The notes beneath the pieces are model-generated. The model was not told the origin of the DNA. It saw only the letters and a list, made by a program, of their open reading frames with translations, and searched no databases. A DNA stretch of 64,000 nucleotides, taken from contig JAWMAR010000086.1 in assembly GCA_036785375.1 (NCBI GenBank), positions 3,410,001 to 3,474,000 of the forward strand, written 5' to 3'. This document shows, piece after piece, positions 54,401 through 64,000 of this stretch. The stretch's first letter is position 1. The number at the start of each line of letters is the position of its first letter. Origin of the DNA: Leucoraja ocellata (taxonomy: Eukaryota). The position numbers and the translations under genes were made by a program.

Positions 54401-57307
54401 TATGTCAATTAGCACAATAATAACTTTAAAGGATTCTAACATTTTCCTTCCTCTAATAGAACAGTACAGCACAAGAACAGGCCCCTTGGCCACGACATCT
54501 ATGATGAACATGATACCGAGACCTTCTCTTATCTACCTGCACATAACAATATCTCTCCAATCCCTACATATCCATATGCCTATCCAAAAGCCTCTTAAAT
54601 GCTTCAATCACCAACCCTGGCAACGCATTCCACACATCTCCTTTAAACTTTGCCCCTCACAAATGCTCTCCTGTATTTGAGTTTTTCATCCTGGGAAAAA
54701 GGTTTTGACTGTGGACCATATTTATGCCCTTTATACACTAATTAAATAATCCACAAAGTTAGCATTGTTATCAATGGAAAAAAAAAGACAATAGACTATG
54801 GCTTGTTGAGCTTACTCACGGTTCACTGAGAACATGACTGACAGCAACTCTACACTCCTGCCTACTCTCAAAAACCTTTCACCTTCCTTATCAAGAACCT
54901 ATCATCTTCATCGCCAAAATATTCAGACACTGCTTACAGGTTTTCTGAAGCCTCTCAATCCTCGGGAAAGGAAATACAATTTATACGTCTTAAATAGATT
55001 CCATTTTATTTTTAAACAATGATTCTTATTTTTAGATTTTCCCAGAAAAAGAAACATGCACTTCATACCCACCCTCAAGATTCATTGAAATGAAGCCACT
55101 TCTCACTTTTCTAAACTCCAGAGAATCTGTCTAGTCTGTACAAACTTTCTTCATAAGACTACCTGCCCAATCCAAGTATGCCACGTAAACCTTCTCCGAA
55201 CTGCTTCCAACAGATTTACATGCTGCCTTAAATCAGGAGACAAACTGTGCAAACACAGTCATAGTATTCCAACAGTTGTCTCGCCAATGCCCTGTTACTG
55301 AAGCATAGCGTTCCTGCCTTTATTGGATTCCATGCAAATTACTGAAAACAGTTTGTTAAGCTTTACTGATTACTTCATGTACTTGGACATACATCTTTTG
55401 CAAATCATGCAATTGGATATCCCACTGCAACCTCTTACCATTTAAATAATCTGCTTCTCCGGTATATGAAGTATATGTTACATCTCATATTTTAAGCACT
55501 ACTATTTAAGAATAATGGATTATCCTAAAGGGACAGTACAACTCACAAGAGGCGACCACAATAAAAACCCTCTGTGATATTACATGCAATTACTTTAATT
55601 CTTAATTTTTTAAAATTATCAATTAATACAAAATGCTTACACAGGTTTTGTGGAATATCGGACATATTGTGTGAATCATCGTCAAATACTGCTGATGGCG
55701 TTGGGCTTGCATCTGCCTAAGGATGAAAATTGTGTTTTTAAAATTGTTTTAAGTTTATAAAAGTACATCGCTTTCAGTTACATTAAACACAGTAGGCATT
55801 CTGGCAATAAGAAAATCACACAGTACATGGTTTAATATTTACAACAAAATATTAATATTTAGTTTTTTCTTTTAATATTGGTACGTTTTGAAGTCCAATT
55901 TCCTCAAATACACATTTACTGCTACCCGTACCAGGTAGATGGTACGTCGTTATGTACCATCTACTAATATTACTATTAGAAAGCTTTATAGTGAAGGATT
56001 AAATTAGATATTGTGAAAAGGGCAAAGGCGAGGTCTTGTGAGACAAATGTGGATTGGAGGATCAAGAGTTACCACATCTCATACATATCACCCTCAAAGT
56101 CAAAATCCAGTGATTTATTTTGGTGTGGGAAATTAATAATGCCTTGTCTTGGGCATTATTGTTGTTACACTATCACATCTAAGCATGTTTTTCAAAATAT
56201 ATTACACATAGGGGTAACATAATCAGGCACAATTTATAGCGATATTTTAAACAGCTTTTTTTGCAGCAGCTTTGCTCCAGCTTGGGAGACACCTTGTTAA
56301 AATGATCCTCTTAATTATCCGGTCTCTAATCCTTTGGAATTTTTCTACTTGGCTGCTCATCACAATAAATGCACTTGCACTCACAGGACATCTACATTCT
56401 TTTCTGAGTCCAGACACATTCCAAAAAAACTAGCTGGAAGACAGGTCATTAATCAGCTTGCTGCGTGATAAAACTTCTGAATAATTATGCCTTTCACTAC
56501 AATGTTTTTCTGCAATTCTCTTATGTGCTTTATGTTCCTATCTGCACTCAAATGTGCTGGCACACCTCTGTACTGATTCTTTGTATTTGATGATACTTTC
56601 AAAATGTCATACATTAAAAAAGATTGTCTGAACAAAAAGCTCAAAGTCTACAGCCAAATTAAAAAGCACTAATTTAGCCATACTGGCCCTACCTAGGCCC
56701 TCCCAACACATGATTTACAGGCAACCTGTACATACGAGCAAGCTCCCATATTAAATTCAAACGAGAACCAATCTTGAAAATAAAAAACTGTTTGCATGTA
56801 ACCTCCCCTCAGTAATCAGATAATGTCTCTTAAGAACATCAGCTGCCAGTTTCACTGGGCAAGGCCACTTAAGAGACTTCCATTGGAAATTGACAAACAT
56901 TTGCTTCTACTGATACTTGTGCAATAATACTCTTAATACTTCAACCCCACTGACCCACCACCAGGCCTGCGACATCTATATTTTGTACCATTGTAACAAG
57001 GCTGGGGAAGATGGCGATTAATTGTTCATGTTAATTGGCCTTCATGAACACCATTCACTAAAATGCTGTGGAGGCACAGTTACAATATCAAGCAACGTAT
57101 TTTCTGCCTAACGGTTTTACGTAAAAACAGAACCTATCCAAAATGAGAGGATAACAGTAATCAATTCATGCACAGTCACCTGAAATCAAACACAACCAAA
57201 TTAAACTAAAAATTAACTTTCCCACCTAAAATGTATGCAAATACCGTTAAAACAAAAGATGGAAGAAAATTACATAAATGACTTACGTTGTGCTGGTCTT
57301 CCTCCAT
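42282..57307 (-). CDS. TRABD: TraB domain-containing protein, 9 coding exons, 370 aa
   Basis: Exons 57307-57287, 55716-55641, 54344-54178, 49971-49831, 48364-48254, 47238-47099, 45994-45822, 44354-44243 and 42453-42282 join in phase (1113 nt). Motifs VYLVGTAHFS, QPDIVVVELCQYR, GMAPGGEFREAF, LGDRPIPITFKRA, ERDVYL and VVGVVGMGHVPGI are present. Confidence 0.96.
43075..43402 (+). mobile_element. L2-type LINE 3' end
   Basis: Encodes RSLRSADLGLLNIPR...GDRAFAVAAPRLWNSIP..IR.APSIDSFKSRLKSYLY. Tail tgtaaagcactttg...gctatataaataaa plus (GACTT)n. Confidence 0.88.
44243..44354 (-). CDS. TRABD: TRABD exon
   Basis: ccatag acceptor and gtaaaa donor. Encodes EPSQRMPSVVVGVVGMGHVPGIEKNWNNLLNIQEIM. Confidence 0.95.
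45010..45530 (-). mobile_element. CR1-type LINE 3' fragment with nested Penelope-type repeat (about 45220-45340)
   Basis: CR1 tail acagcacaaatataggtccttcggccca, interrupted by the atagacacaaaatgctggagtaactcag repeat. Confidence 0.75.
45822..45994 (-). CDS. TRABD: TRABD exon
   Basis: tttcag acceptor and gtaagc donor. Encodes KDDVEKCKQKDLLEQMMSEMIGEFPDLHRTIVAERDVYLAYMLKQAA. Confidence 0.96.
47099..47238 (-). CDS. TRABD: TRABD exon
   Basis: tttcag acceptor and gtatga donor. Encodes AGKVPFCKFHLGDRPIPITFKRAIAALSLWQKVKLAWGLCFLSDPI. Confidence 0.97.
47395..47781 (+). mobile_element. LINE 3' fragment with (TATCG)n tail (probably Rex1-type)
   Basis: Ends aataaataaagttctatcgtatcgta, a microsatellite tail typical of Rex1/L2-like retroposons. 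Confidence 0.55.
48254..48364 (-). CDS. TRABD: TRABD exon
   Basis: tgatag acceptor and gtgggt donor. Encodes NGVMSGLMQMLLLKVSAHITEQLGMAPGGEFREAFKE. Confidence 0.97.
49831..49971 (-). CDS. TRABD: TRABD exon
   Basis: ttccag acceptor and gttcag donor. Encodes TIQEVQPDIVVVELCQYRVSMLKMDEKTLLKEAREINLDKLQQAIKQ. Confidence 0.97.
50030..50425 (+). mobile_element. Rex1-type LINE 3' end with (TATC)n tail
   Basis: Encodes IIKDISHPGHSLFELLP*GRRYRSMRTRTNRLKNSFYP. Tail caataaagaacctatctatctatc. Confidence 0.82.
50550..52482 (+). mobile_element. CR1-type LINE fragment interrupted by a DNA transposon at 51282-52317
   Basis: Remnant KLGLYSLE...DLIEVYKIMRGID. CR1 sequence resumes at 52318 (acaacattaaaaaggcatttgga...ggcctgtttctgtgctgtg). 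Confidence 0.82.
51282..52317. mobile_element. hAT-like non-autonomous DNA transposon
   Basis: Termini CAGGCATGAGA and TCTCATGCCCG form an 11-bp imperfect TIR. Subterminal ggggcaNNgcccc palindromic repeats are present. The TSD is only approximate. Confidence 0.6.
54178..54344 (-). CDS. TRABD: TRABD exon
   Basis: ttacag acceptor and gtaaaa donor. Encodes DEDAFKLLWEMKMRKRQGKPNLPDTVTEL...VYLVGTAHFSESSRNDVVK. Confidence 0.96.
55641..55716 (-). CDS. TRABD: TRABD exon
   Basis: ccttag acceptor and gtaagc donor. Encodes ADASPTPSAVFDDDSHNMSDIPQNL, ending in the conserved PQNL-S junction. Confidence 0.85.
57287..57307 (-). CDS. TRABD: TRABD first coding exon (exon 57340-57287; a non-coding upstream exon is implied)
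   Basis: Acceptor ccaacag at 57341-57342. GGGATGG start gives MEEDQHN, then a gtaagt donor in phase 0 matching the next exon. Confidence 0.72.
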
Positions 57308-58359
57308 CCCTGGATTACTCCTCAGTCACACAATAGCAATCTGTTGGACAGACAAGAACAATTAATTAATTTATAATCAGCTATTGTGGAGGAACGTCTT
57401 AATTTGAGCATTGCAAAATTGCAATAATAAGGTATGATTAAGTATTATGAACTAAGATGCATACTGAAAACAAGCATTTTCTTTTCTCAACATCACACTT
57501 GTGGACCTGGCTCAAATTAAACTGAGAATACAAAAAAAAACATTCTCCAGTGCTGGAATAACTCAGTGGGCCAGGCAGCATAAGACTGAAGAGCAGAACT
57601 AGGCCATTCGGCCCAACTCCACCATACAATCACAGCAAATCTATTTTTTCCTTCTCATAGGGTTCCCTCCCATAGACATAGGGCGATTTCGGGAGGATAT
57701 GGATAGGTGACATTTTGGGTCAGAACTCTTCTTCAGACTACAATCTACTATCAAATGCCGAGTTACTTGAACACTGTTATTTTTGTAATCCAGTATTGCA
57801 GTTCTTTGTGTCACTATGTGAGAATACGGTTTAAGGGAATTGATGCATTCACAAACAGTGAATTTGTCCAACACACACACATGCATAGAGAGTTGAACTG
57901 AGTTTAGAAATTGTAAATTTCTGAACTCTCAGTTCAGTACACAAACCAGCATTCAGTGTGGACCTTTCATTTCAGAAGCCATTTGACAATCAACTATTAT
58001 CTGGTAATGATAACCACAACATTACCAATAACCACTATGTCAATTTCTAATTTACTGAATTTAAACGCCACAATTGCCAACATGGGATTCCAACATACTC
58101 CAAGCCTCTTGATCACCTATCCATTGTCTCCAGATGTACTGCCTGACTTGCTGAATCATTGGATTGTTAGCCCAAGCCTCTAGATCACCTACCTATTTTC
58201 TCCAAATATGCTGCCTGACCTGCTGAGTTACTCCAGTACTTGGTGTCTACTTCTAGATCGTAATCCAGTAATTTAACCACTCCACCATTATGGTATTGCC
58301 AATTATGGAGCTAATCCAAAATTAGATTTCTGTACATAAAAGTACAAACACAGATAGAG

Positions 58360-58853
58360 GCATATAGTGATACAGTGTGCTAACAGGCCCTTCGGCCCAA
58401 CTTGCCCACACTGGCCAACATGTTCCAGCTACACTAGTCCCACCTGCCAGCATTTGGTCCCTATCCCTCCAAATCTGTCCTATCCATGTACCTATCTAAC
58501 TGTTTCTTAAATGCTGGGATAGTTCCTGCCACAACTACCTCATCTGACAGCTTGTTCCATACATCCTCCACCCTTTGTGTGAAAAGGTTACCCCTCCGAT
58601 TCCTATTAAATCTTTTCCCTTTCACCTTAAACCCATGTCTTCTGGTCCTTGATTAACCTACTCTGGGCAAGAGACTGTGCATCTACCCGATCTATACCTC
58701 TCATGATCTTGTACACCTCTGTAAGATCACCCCTCATCCTTCTGCACTCCAAGGGATAGTCTCACCCTACACATCCTCTGCCCATAGCTCAGACCCTCTA
58801 GTCCTGGCAACATCCTTGTAAATCTTCTCTGTACCCTTTCCAGCTTGACAACA
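58360..58853 (-). mobile_element. CR1-type LINE 3' fragment
   Basis: CR1 tail aacaggcccttcggcccaac and ORF2 C-terminal sequence on the minus strand. Confidence 0.82.
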
Positions 58854-61189
58854 TGGATGGAGAAGGAAAAGCAATGACCATTATATACAGCCTGCCATCA
58901 GGCCTCTAATCGTCAAGTTAAATATTTCAGGCCATAGAATTTTTAAGAGCAATAGAACGTTAGGAAAAATGTATTTTGATAAATGGCAATTGGACAAGGA
59001 TGATTAACTTGTAAACTGGATAAAGATTCAGTTCAGTTTATTGTCACGTGCACCAAGATAGAGTGAAAAGCTTTTGTTGCGTGCTATCCAGTCAGCGGAA
59101 AGACAATACATGATTACCAGTGAGCCATTTATAGTGTACAAAAATGTTGCTGTAGGAGTAGAGATTTAAGAGTGTGGAGCAATTTGACTATGTGATTGTA
59201 GATCTGCTCTGTGGCTAGCATGCAAATAATTGCCAGGGTTGGGCACCAGCTTCAGAAAAAGCAATCGGCATGAGCCTCTGACAAACATTATGTGATGCTT
59301 GACAATCCATGAGCATGGTGACAGAGAACCATGGAGCAAAAACAAGTTGCAATTAATTAAGTGTTTCAAAATTTTTTATGAGTTTTGGAACAGGGAAACA
59401 AACCCTATTAGGATTGCACATTGAAAGAAAAACAGCAGCAAATATTTGCAAATGAAGCATTTCAATGAGAAGCAAAAGATTTTAAAGAAAACCATCCATT
59501 TTTATCTAATCCTGGAGGAACAGAATTGAATAGTTGATAATATGTCAATAATGCATTGAACCACATCACATTTTTTCAAAAAGAAAAATAATTCATGGAT
59601 AATACTAGAATCACACGGTTATATCAAATCAGCAAAGGTTGAACATTTGGGGTTTCAATTCTTTTGAAAAACAATCGAAGGCCAGAAAATGATCAACAGA
59701 GATCTAAAGTTATGATTGGTTTTGATACAGGTGTGATTCATCCCACCGGGGAAAAGGCAAAAAAAATGGCAGTGATAATGTAAGAGTAATTGAATGGAGA
59801 CATGTATCATGATAATTAGAAACTCGTTCTCCAACAGAGTGATGGGAATGTGAAATCCCCATTAAAACACAAATTAAAAAAGTTGGGGAGGATTAGAGGA
59901 AAGAGATGATTGTTGTCTACATTTTCCCTTCTGCTCTGCTATTTAGAACACACTGGTTTCTACCTCAATGAAACCTCATCAAACCAAAGTGATGGCTCTT
60001 TCTCTTTCTATAAATAGTATCAGCTGAGCATTTCCAGCATTCTCTGCTTTTATTTCCAGTTTCTAGCACCTGCACTATTTTAGATCTTGAGGAGCTAACA
60101 GTCGTACTATGGTTTCTCTTTTCATTGGCCAACTTATTGATTATGAGATTCCTCATATTTCTTCTGGTCAGGTGGCATTCCTTTGACATTTGTGCAAGCA
60201 AATGAAATTTCCACTGCACTTTTAATGCCAACGGAGAGCAGATCCAAAGAATTCCATTGCTGCTATGATACTAAAGAATTATTATTAAAAAGGGTAAACC
60301 ACAGACAAACTCCTTCTGGTTCAGAAGCATGTCCCGAGGCCAGTAGAACAGTATGCAATCTGGTCGTTTGGAAAATTTATCAAAGTAATGAATAATTTGT
60401 TTTTTTAAAAGATGCCAAATACAAGCACAGGTTTTTTGCTCCAGACTTTTAAATCTCGTTCCCAAATTCATTAATTATGATTTCACAATTAAATTTACTT
60501 CACGTAGGAACAAATTAAAGTTTACAGAACATTGCACAATCAAGTGACAATAGTTGAAACAAGATCTTTTTTAAACAGCATTAGAATTCAAGGGATCTGA
60601 TGCATAAACAGACATCCAAAACATTCCCTGCAGGATTCATGGTATGTAACTTTTTACATATTTTACATATTACATACAAGTAGAGTTGGTGGGTGGAGGA
60701 AGATTGGTAAGGCAGCTGTTATTTCATTGGTGAGGATTAGTCTCTTAAATACATTTAAGAATGAATTTATGCCTCAATGGTTTGCAAACGTATAATTTTA
60801 AACATTTTTAAAACATTAATTTCAGTCAGAATAATATTCAACAGAAGGCGATGCAAAGCAATACTTACTACACCTAGCACACGCAAATTTATCCAGGTGC
60901 CGTAAAGATGCCACCGAAACAAGTGGATACTGATAGTGGCAGACGTGAAGCCTCATCACCATCGGTATTATTCTACAAATAAGAAAATCCAATACAATTT
61001 TTGGAGGAATCCCATCTGTGGTTTTATGATCAATCAAATCACACAGCTTTGTAAAGACCCAAGCCAGTTCTGAATTAACATGTATTTTTCCCATTTTCTA
61101 ACAAACAAAATAAAGGAGTCACTCTGGCACCACATGCTAGTGAGAGTAGGAATAGAAGGACAGTACAGATGAATGCACGGCTGAGAAGC

Positions 61190-62392
61190 TGGTGCTCAGG
61201 AATTCTGAGAGATAGAATATACATGCATTTGGAAAGTCAAAGACTAATTAAGTATAGCTGGCATAGCTTTCTATGTGGAAAATCATGTTTCATCAAATTG
61301 ATGAAGGATTTTGAAGAGGTGACCAAAACGATTAATGAGGACAATGCAGTCAATGTCTACATTTAGAGAAATGTTTTGTCTCTAAATAGTCTTTGTTTAG
61401 TCTTTAGCAAGGCCTTTGACAAGGCATTGCATGGTTGGCTGGTCTGGAAGGTTAGATCACATGAGATACTGGCTGAGCTAGCCAATTGGACATCAATTTT
61501 GATTGAAGGCAAGAAATAGAGTGGTGGTTAAGGGGCTTTGTTCCAAATTAGAGGCCGGACAGGTAAAGTGTTGCAAGGGTCCACTGTTGATTTTTATTTA
61601 CATTAGCAAGTTGGATGTGAATGTAAAAGGCATGGCTTGGGTATTTCATTTTGGGAAAACAAGTGAGGGTAGGACTTGCATATTAAGTGGTAGGGCCTTG
61701 GGGAATGAGAGTCCAGGGGGTACAGGTATATAGTTCAATTTAGATGGCAATACAGGTGAACAAGGTGGTTAAGGCAGCATTTGGCATGCTTGCTTCTGTA
61801 GCATCAGGGTACTGAGTGGCAGTGGTGGGATGCGATGCTACACAAGACGCTGGAAAGACCATATTAGGCATAGTGTGACAATTCTCGTCGTCCTGTTATA
61901 GGAAGGTTGCAAAAGAAAAAAGGGATGTTACTGCATCTTTTGGGTTCTAGCTATAAGGAAAGAGAATATTTTTTCCTTGAAGCGCAGGAGGCTGAGGGAT
62001 GAGTTTATAGAAGTATATAAAATTGTGAGGGACTTGGATAAGGTGAATAGCCAGTCTTTACCTCAGGACAGGAGAGTGTAAAAGTGGAGGGCACAGGTTT
62101 AAGGCACGAGGGGAAAACATTAAAAAAAAAAAGAGACAGGCGGGTGGGGGCAGGTTTATTCCAAAGAGACCCAAGGGGTGCCTTTTCCCCATATAGATGG
62201 TTGAGGGAACATGGAACAAGTTGCCAGAGGATGGGGTAAAGGATGGTATAATTACAACTTTAAAAAGACACTTAGATATGTACATGAATAAGAAGAGTTT
62301 GTTTGGATAATGGCCAGGCATAAGCAAGTAAGACTAGGTTGGTTAGGCAACTTGATCTGCATGGACAAGTTGGGCCAAAGGGCCTATTCTAT
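61190..62392 (+). mobile_element. Degraded CR1-type LINE (RT region to 3' tail)
   Basis: Remnants GKSCFIKL..FEEVTK.INE.NAVNVY, FSKAFDK and RRLRDEFIEVYKI. Tail tgggccaaagggcctattct. Confidence 0.82.
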
Positions 62393-62474
62393 GACCATCT
62401 CAAAAGTAGTTTCCATGAAAGTACACTCAAAGAAACATCCAAAATATTTGTCTCCAATCATTTAGACCTTCTCA

Positions 62475-62730
62475 GAAAGACACAAAAAGCTGGAATAACT
62501 CTGCTGTTAAGACAGCATTACTGGAGAAAAGGAATAAGTGATGTGTCAGGTCGAGACCCTTCTTCAAACTTTCATTACCCTTTCCCCTGAAAGTCTGAAG
62601 AAGGGGCTCAACCCGAAACCTCACCCATTTCATTTCTCCAGAGACGCTGACTGACCCGCTGAGTTATTCCAGGCATTTGTGTATCTATCTTTGGTTTAAA
62701 CCAGCATCTGCAGTTCCTTCCTACACATTC
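62475..62730. mobile_element. Inverted pair of Penelope-type short repeats
   Basis: A minus copy (agacacaaaaagctggaataactc...gacccttcttca) is followed by a plus copy (gtctgaagaaggggctcaacccgaaacctcaccc...accagcatctgcagttccttcctacaca). Confidence 0.8.
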
Positions 62731-64000
62731 TGACCATCTTTTACATTTCCATGTTTATACATTCTAGTCCAAACATGGAGAATGGAAAATTAAACTCATA
62801 AGCAGCTGGAACTCAGGCTCATCCTTTATACGGAATAGAGTGCGACAAAACAATCACTCATTCCGAGTTAGGTTTCCCTACTGTGTGAATAATTCTATTC
62901 AAACCACGATAGTCTCTTCCAGAGTTTCCACTTGTGTGTCATTTTGATTCCCCATCGCATTTTCACTCTGATCTTTCTGCCTTTGGCTTCTCATTGTTCC
63001 AATGAAAGCCTATGCAAGCTTGAGCATGGTTCTCATCTTCCCGAGATCATGATATAATCCTTCGGATTCAACACCAAATTCAACAATTTCAAATAATCAA
63101 TCTTGCTGATGAAAGATCAATTTTTAACATCAATCCAGTTGTGTTCTCTCTCACATACCAATACAATGTGTAGTTCAGTCTGTCTCAATTGCTATGCTGT
63201 ACTAAATACTTGTCTGAAGGGTCTCGACCCAAAATGTCACCCATTCCTTCTCTCCTGAGATGCTACCTGTCCTGCTGAGTTACTCCAGCATTTTGTCTAT
63301 CTTCAGTGTAAACTAGCATCTGCAGTTCCTACCTACACACTAAATATTTTCAGTTTTAAAAAAATCAGTTTACTTAAAATAAGAGGTTCTGTCAGACTTG
63401 TAGATTATCTTTGGTTGACAGAGCAGGAGGGATACTGCGGGGAAAAAAACTTTCCACAGAAACCTCCGGTTTAAATCCCAATTATTTGAGATTAAAGTAT
63501 GTTCCCAAACTCTGATGAACAATTCTTACCCAGAAACTTTAACTGTGCAGCCTGACCCAGATTCTTCCAGCATTGTTTTATTTCACATTGCCACCATCTG
63601 AAGTTTTAGTGCTCCTATTGATTGCTCCCATTTCTGTTTATAAATGTATCATAGCTCTAAATTCATCAAATTCAAGCTCATTGATCTATTACTTAGGACC
63701 TAGTGAATATTCTTTTAGATTAATTTAACTATATCATTCTATGCTTTTAGAATGAGCAATTTCAAATTAAATACATTGCAGAAATTTGATGCGACTGTGG
63801 TTGCTCCTAAAAAGGTAGAACTTAACATTGTGCAAATCAATCATGGCGCAAGAGGAATATGATAAAGGAAACCAAAACATATGCAAGGAAGCTGACAACA
63901 TTCAAAAGTCAAAATTTATGTTTGCAATAATAGAAAATAGAGCATACTATACTTAAATAAAAAATGTAATATCTACATTTAAATAAAAATGTTAAGCAGC

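Noticed and set aside
55935-55964. Small 13-bp hairpin (also an imperfect one at 57894-57936 and a 17-bp imperfect stem at 16300-16368)
   Set aside because: Too short or imperfect to distinguish from chance or local template-switch events in 64 kb of AT-rich DNA.
42282-57307. TraB domain as a sign of a bacterial conjugation system or horizontal transfer
   Set aside because: It is the ordinary intron-containing vertebrate TRABD gene in its conserved syntenic position.

Overview
Eukaryotic, intron-rich vertebrate DNA. The repeat content (V-SINEs with CR1 tails, Penelope-derived short repeats, Rex1, L1, L2) suggests a cartilaginous fish, probably a skate or ray (inference). Three genes can be rebuilt exon by exon with consistent splice phases. 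TUBGCP6 (+ strand, last 10 coding exons, 272-16209) includes the 27-aa repeat exon and one GC-AG intron. SELENOO (- strand, 9 coding exons, 35119-19101) is complete at 674 aa with an in-frame UGA-Sec at 19110-19112. TRABD (- strand, 9 coding exons, 57307-42282) is 370 aa. Order and orientation match human 22q13.33. The main signal absent from the ORF track is the SELENOO selenocysteine recoding unit. It has a C-terminal L-V-T-U-S-S lacking the Cys of the mammalian CxxU motif, a 17-bp stem starting 11 nt after the UGA, and a type II SECIS about 1 kb downstream (18039-18085). An AATAAA lies between the stop codon and the SECIS and could produce SECIS-less mRNA. Other notable structures are a near-perfect 56-bp-arm hairpin in SELENOO intron 3, a Foldback/Mutator-like element with a 9-bp TSD, two oppositely oriented L1 insertions with TSDs beside the Sec exon, and many Penelope-derived repeats with minimal hammerhead-ribozyme-like cores. 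No prokaryotic systems, CRISPR arrays, rRNA or true tRNA genes were seen. Repeat boundaries are approximate unless a TSD or TIR is quoted.
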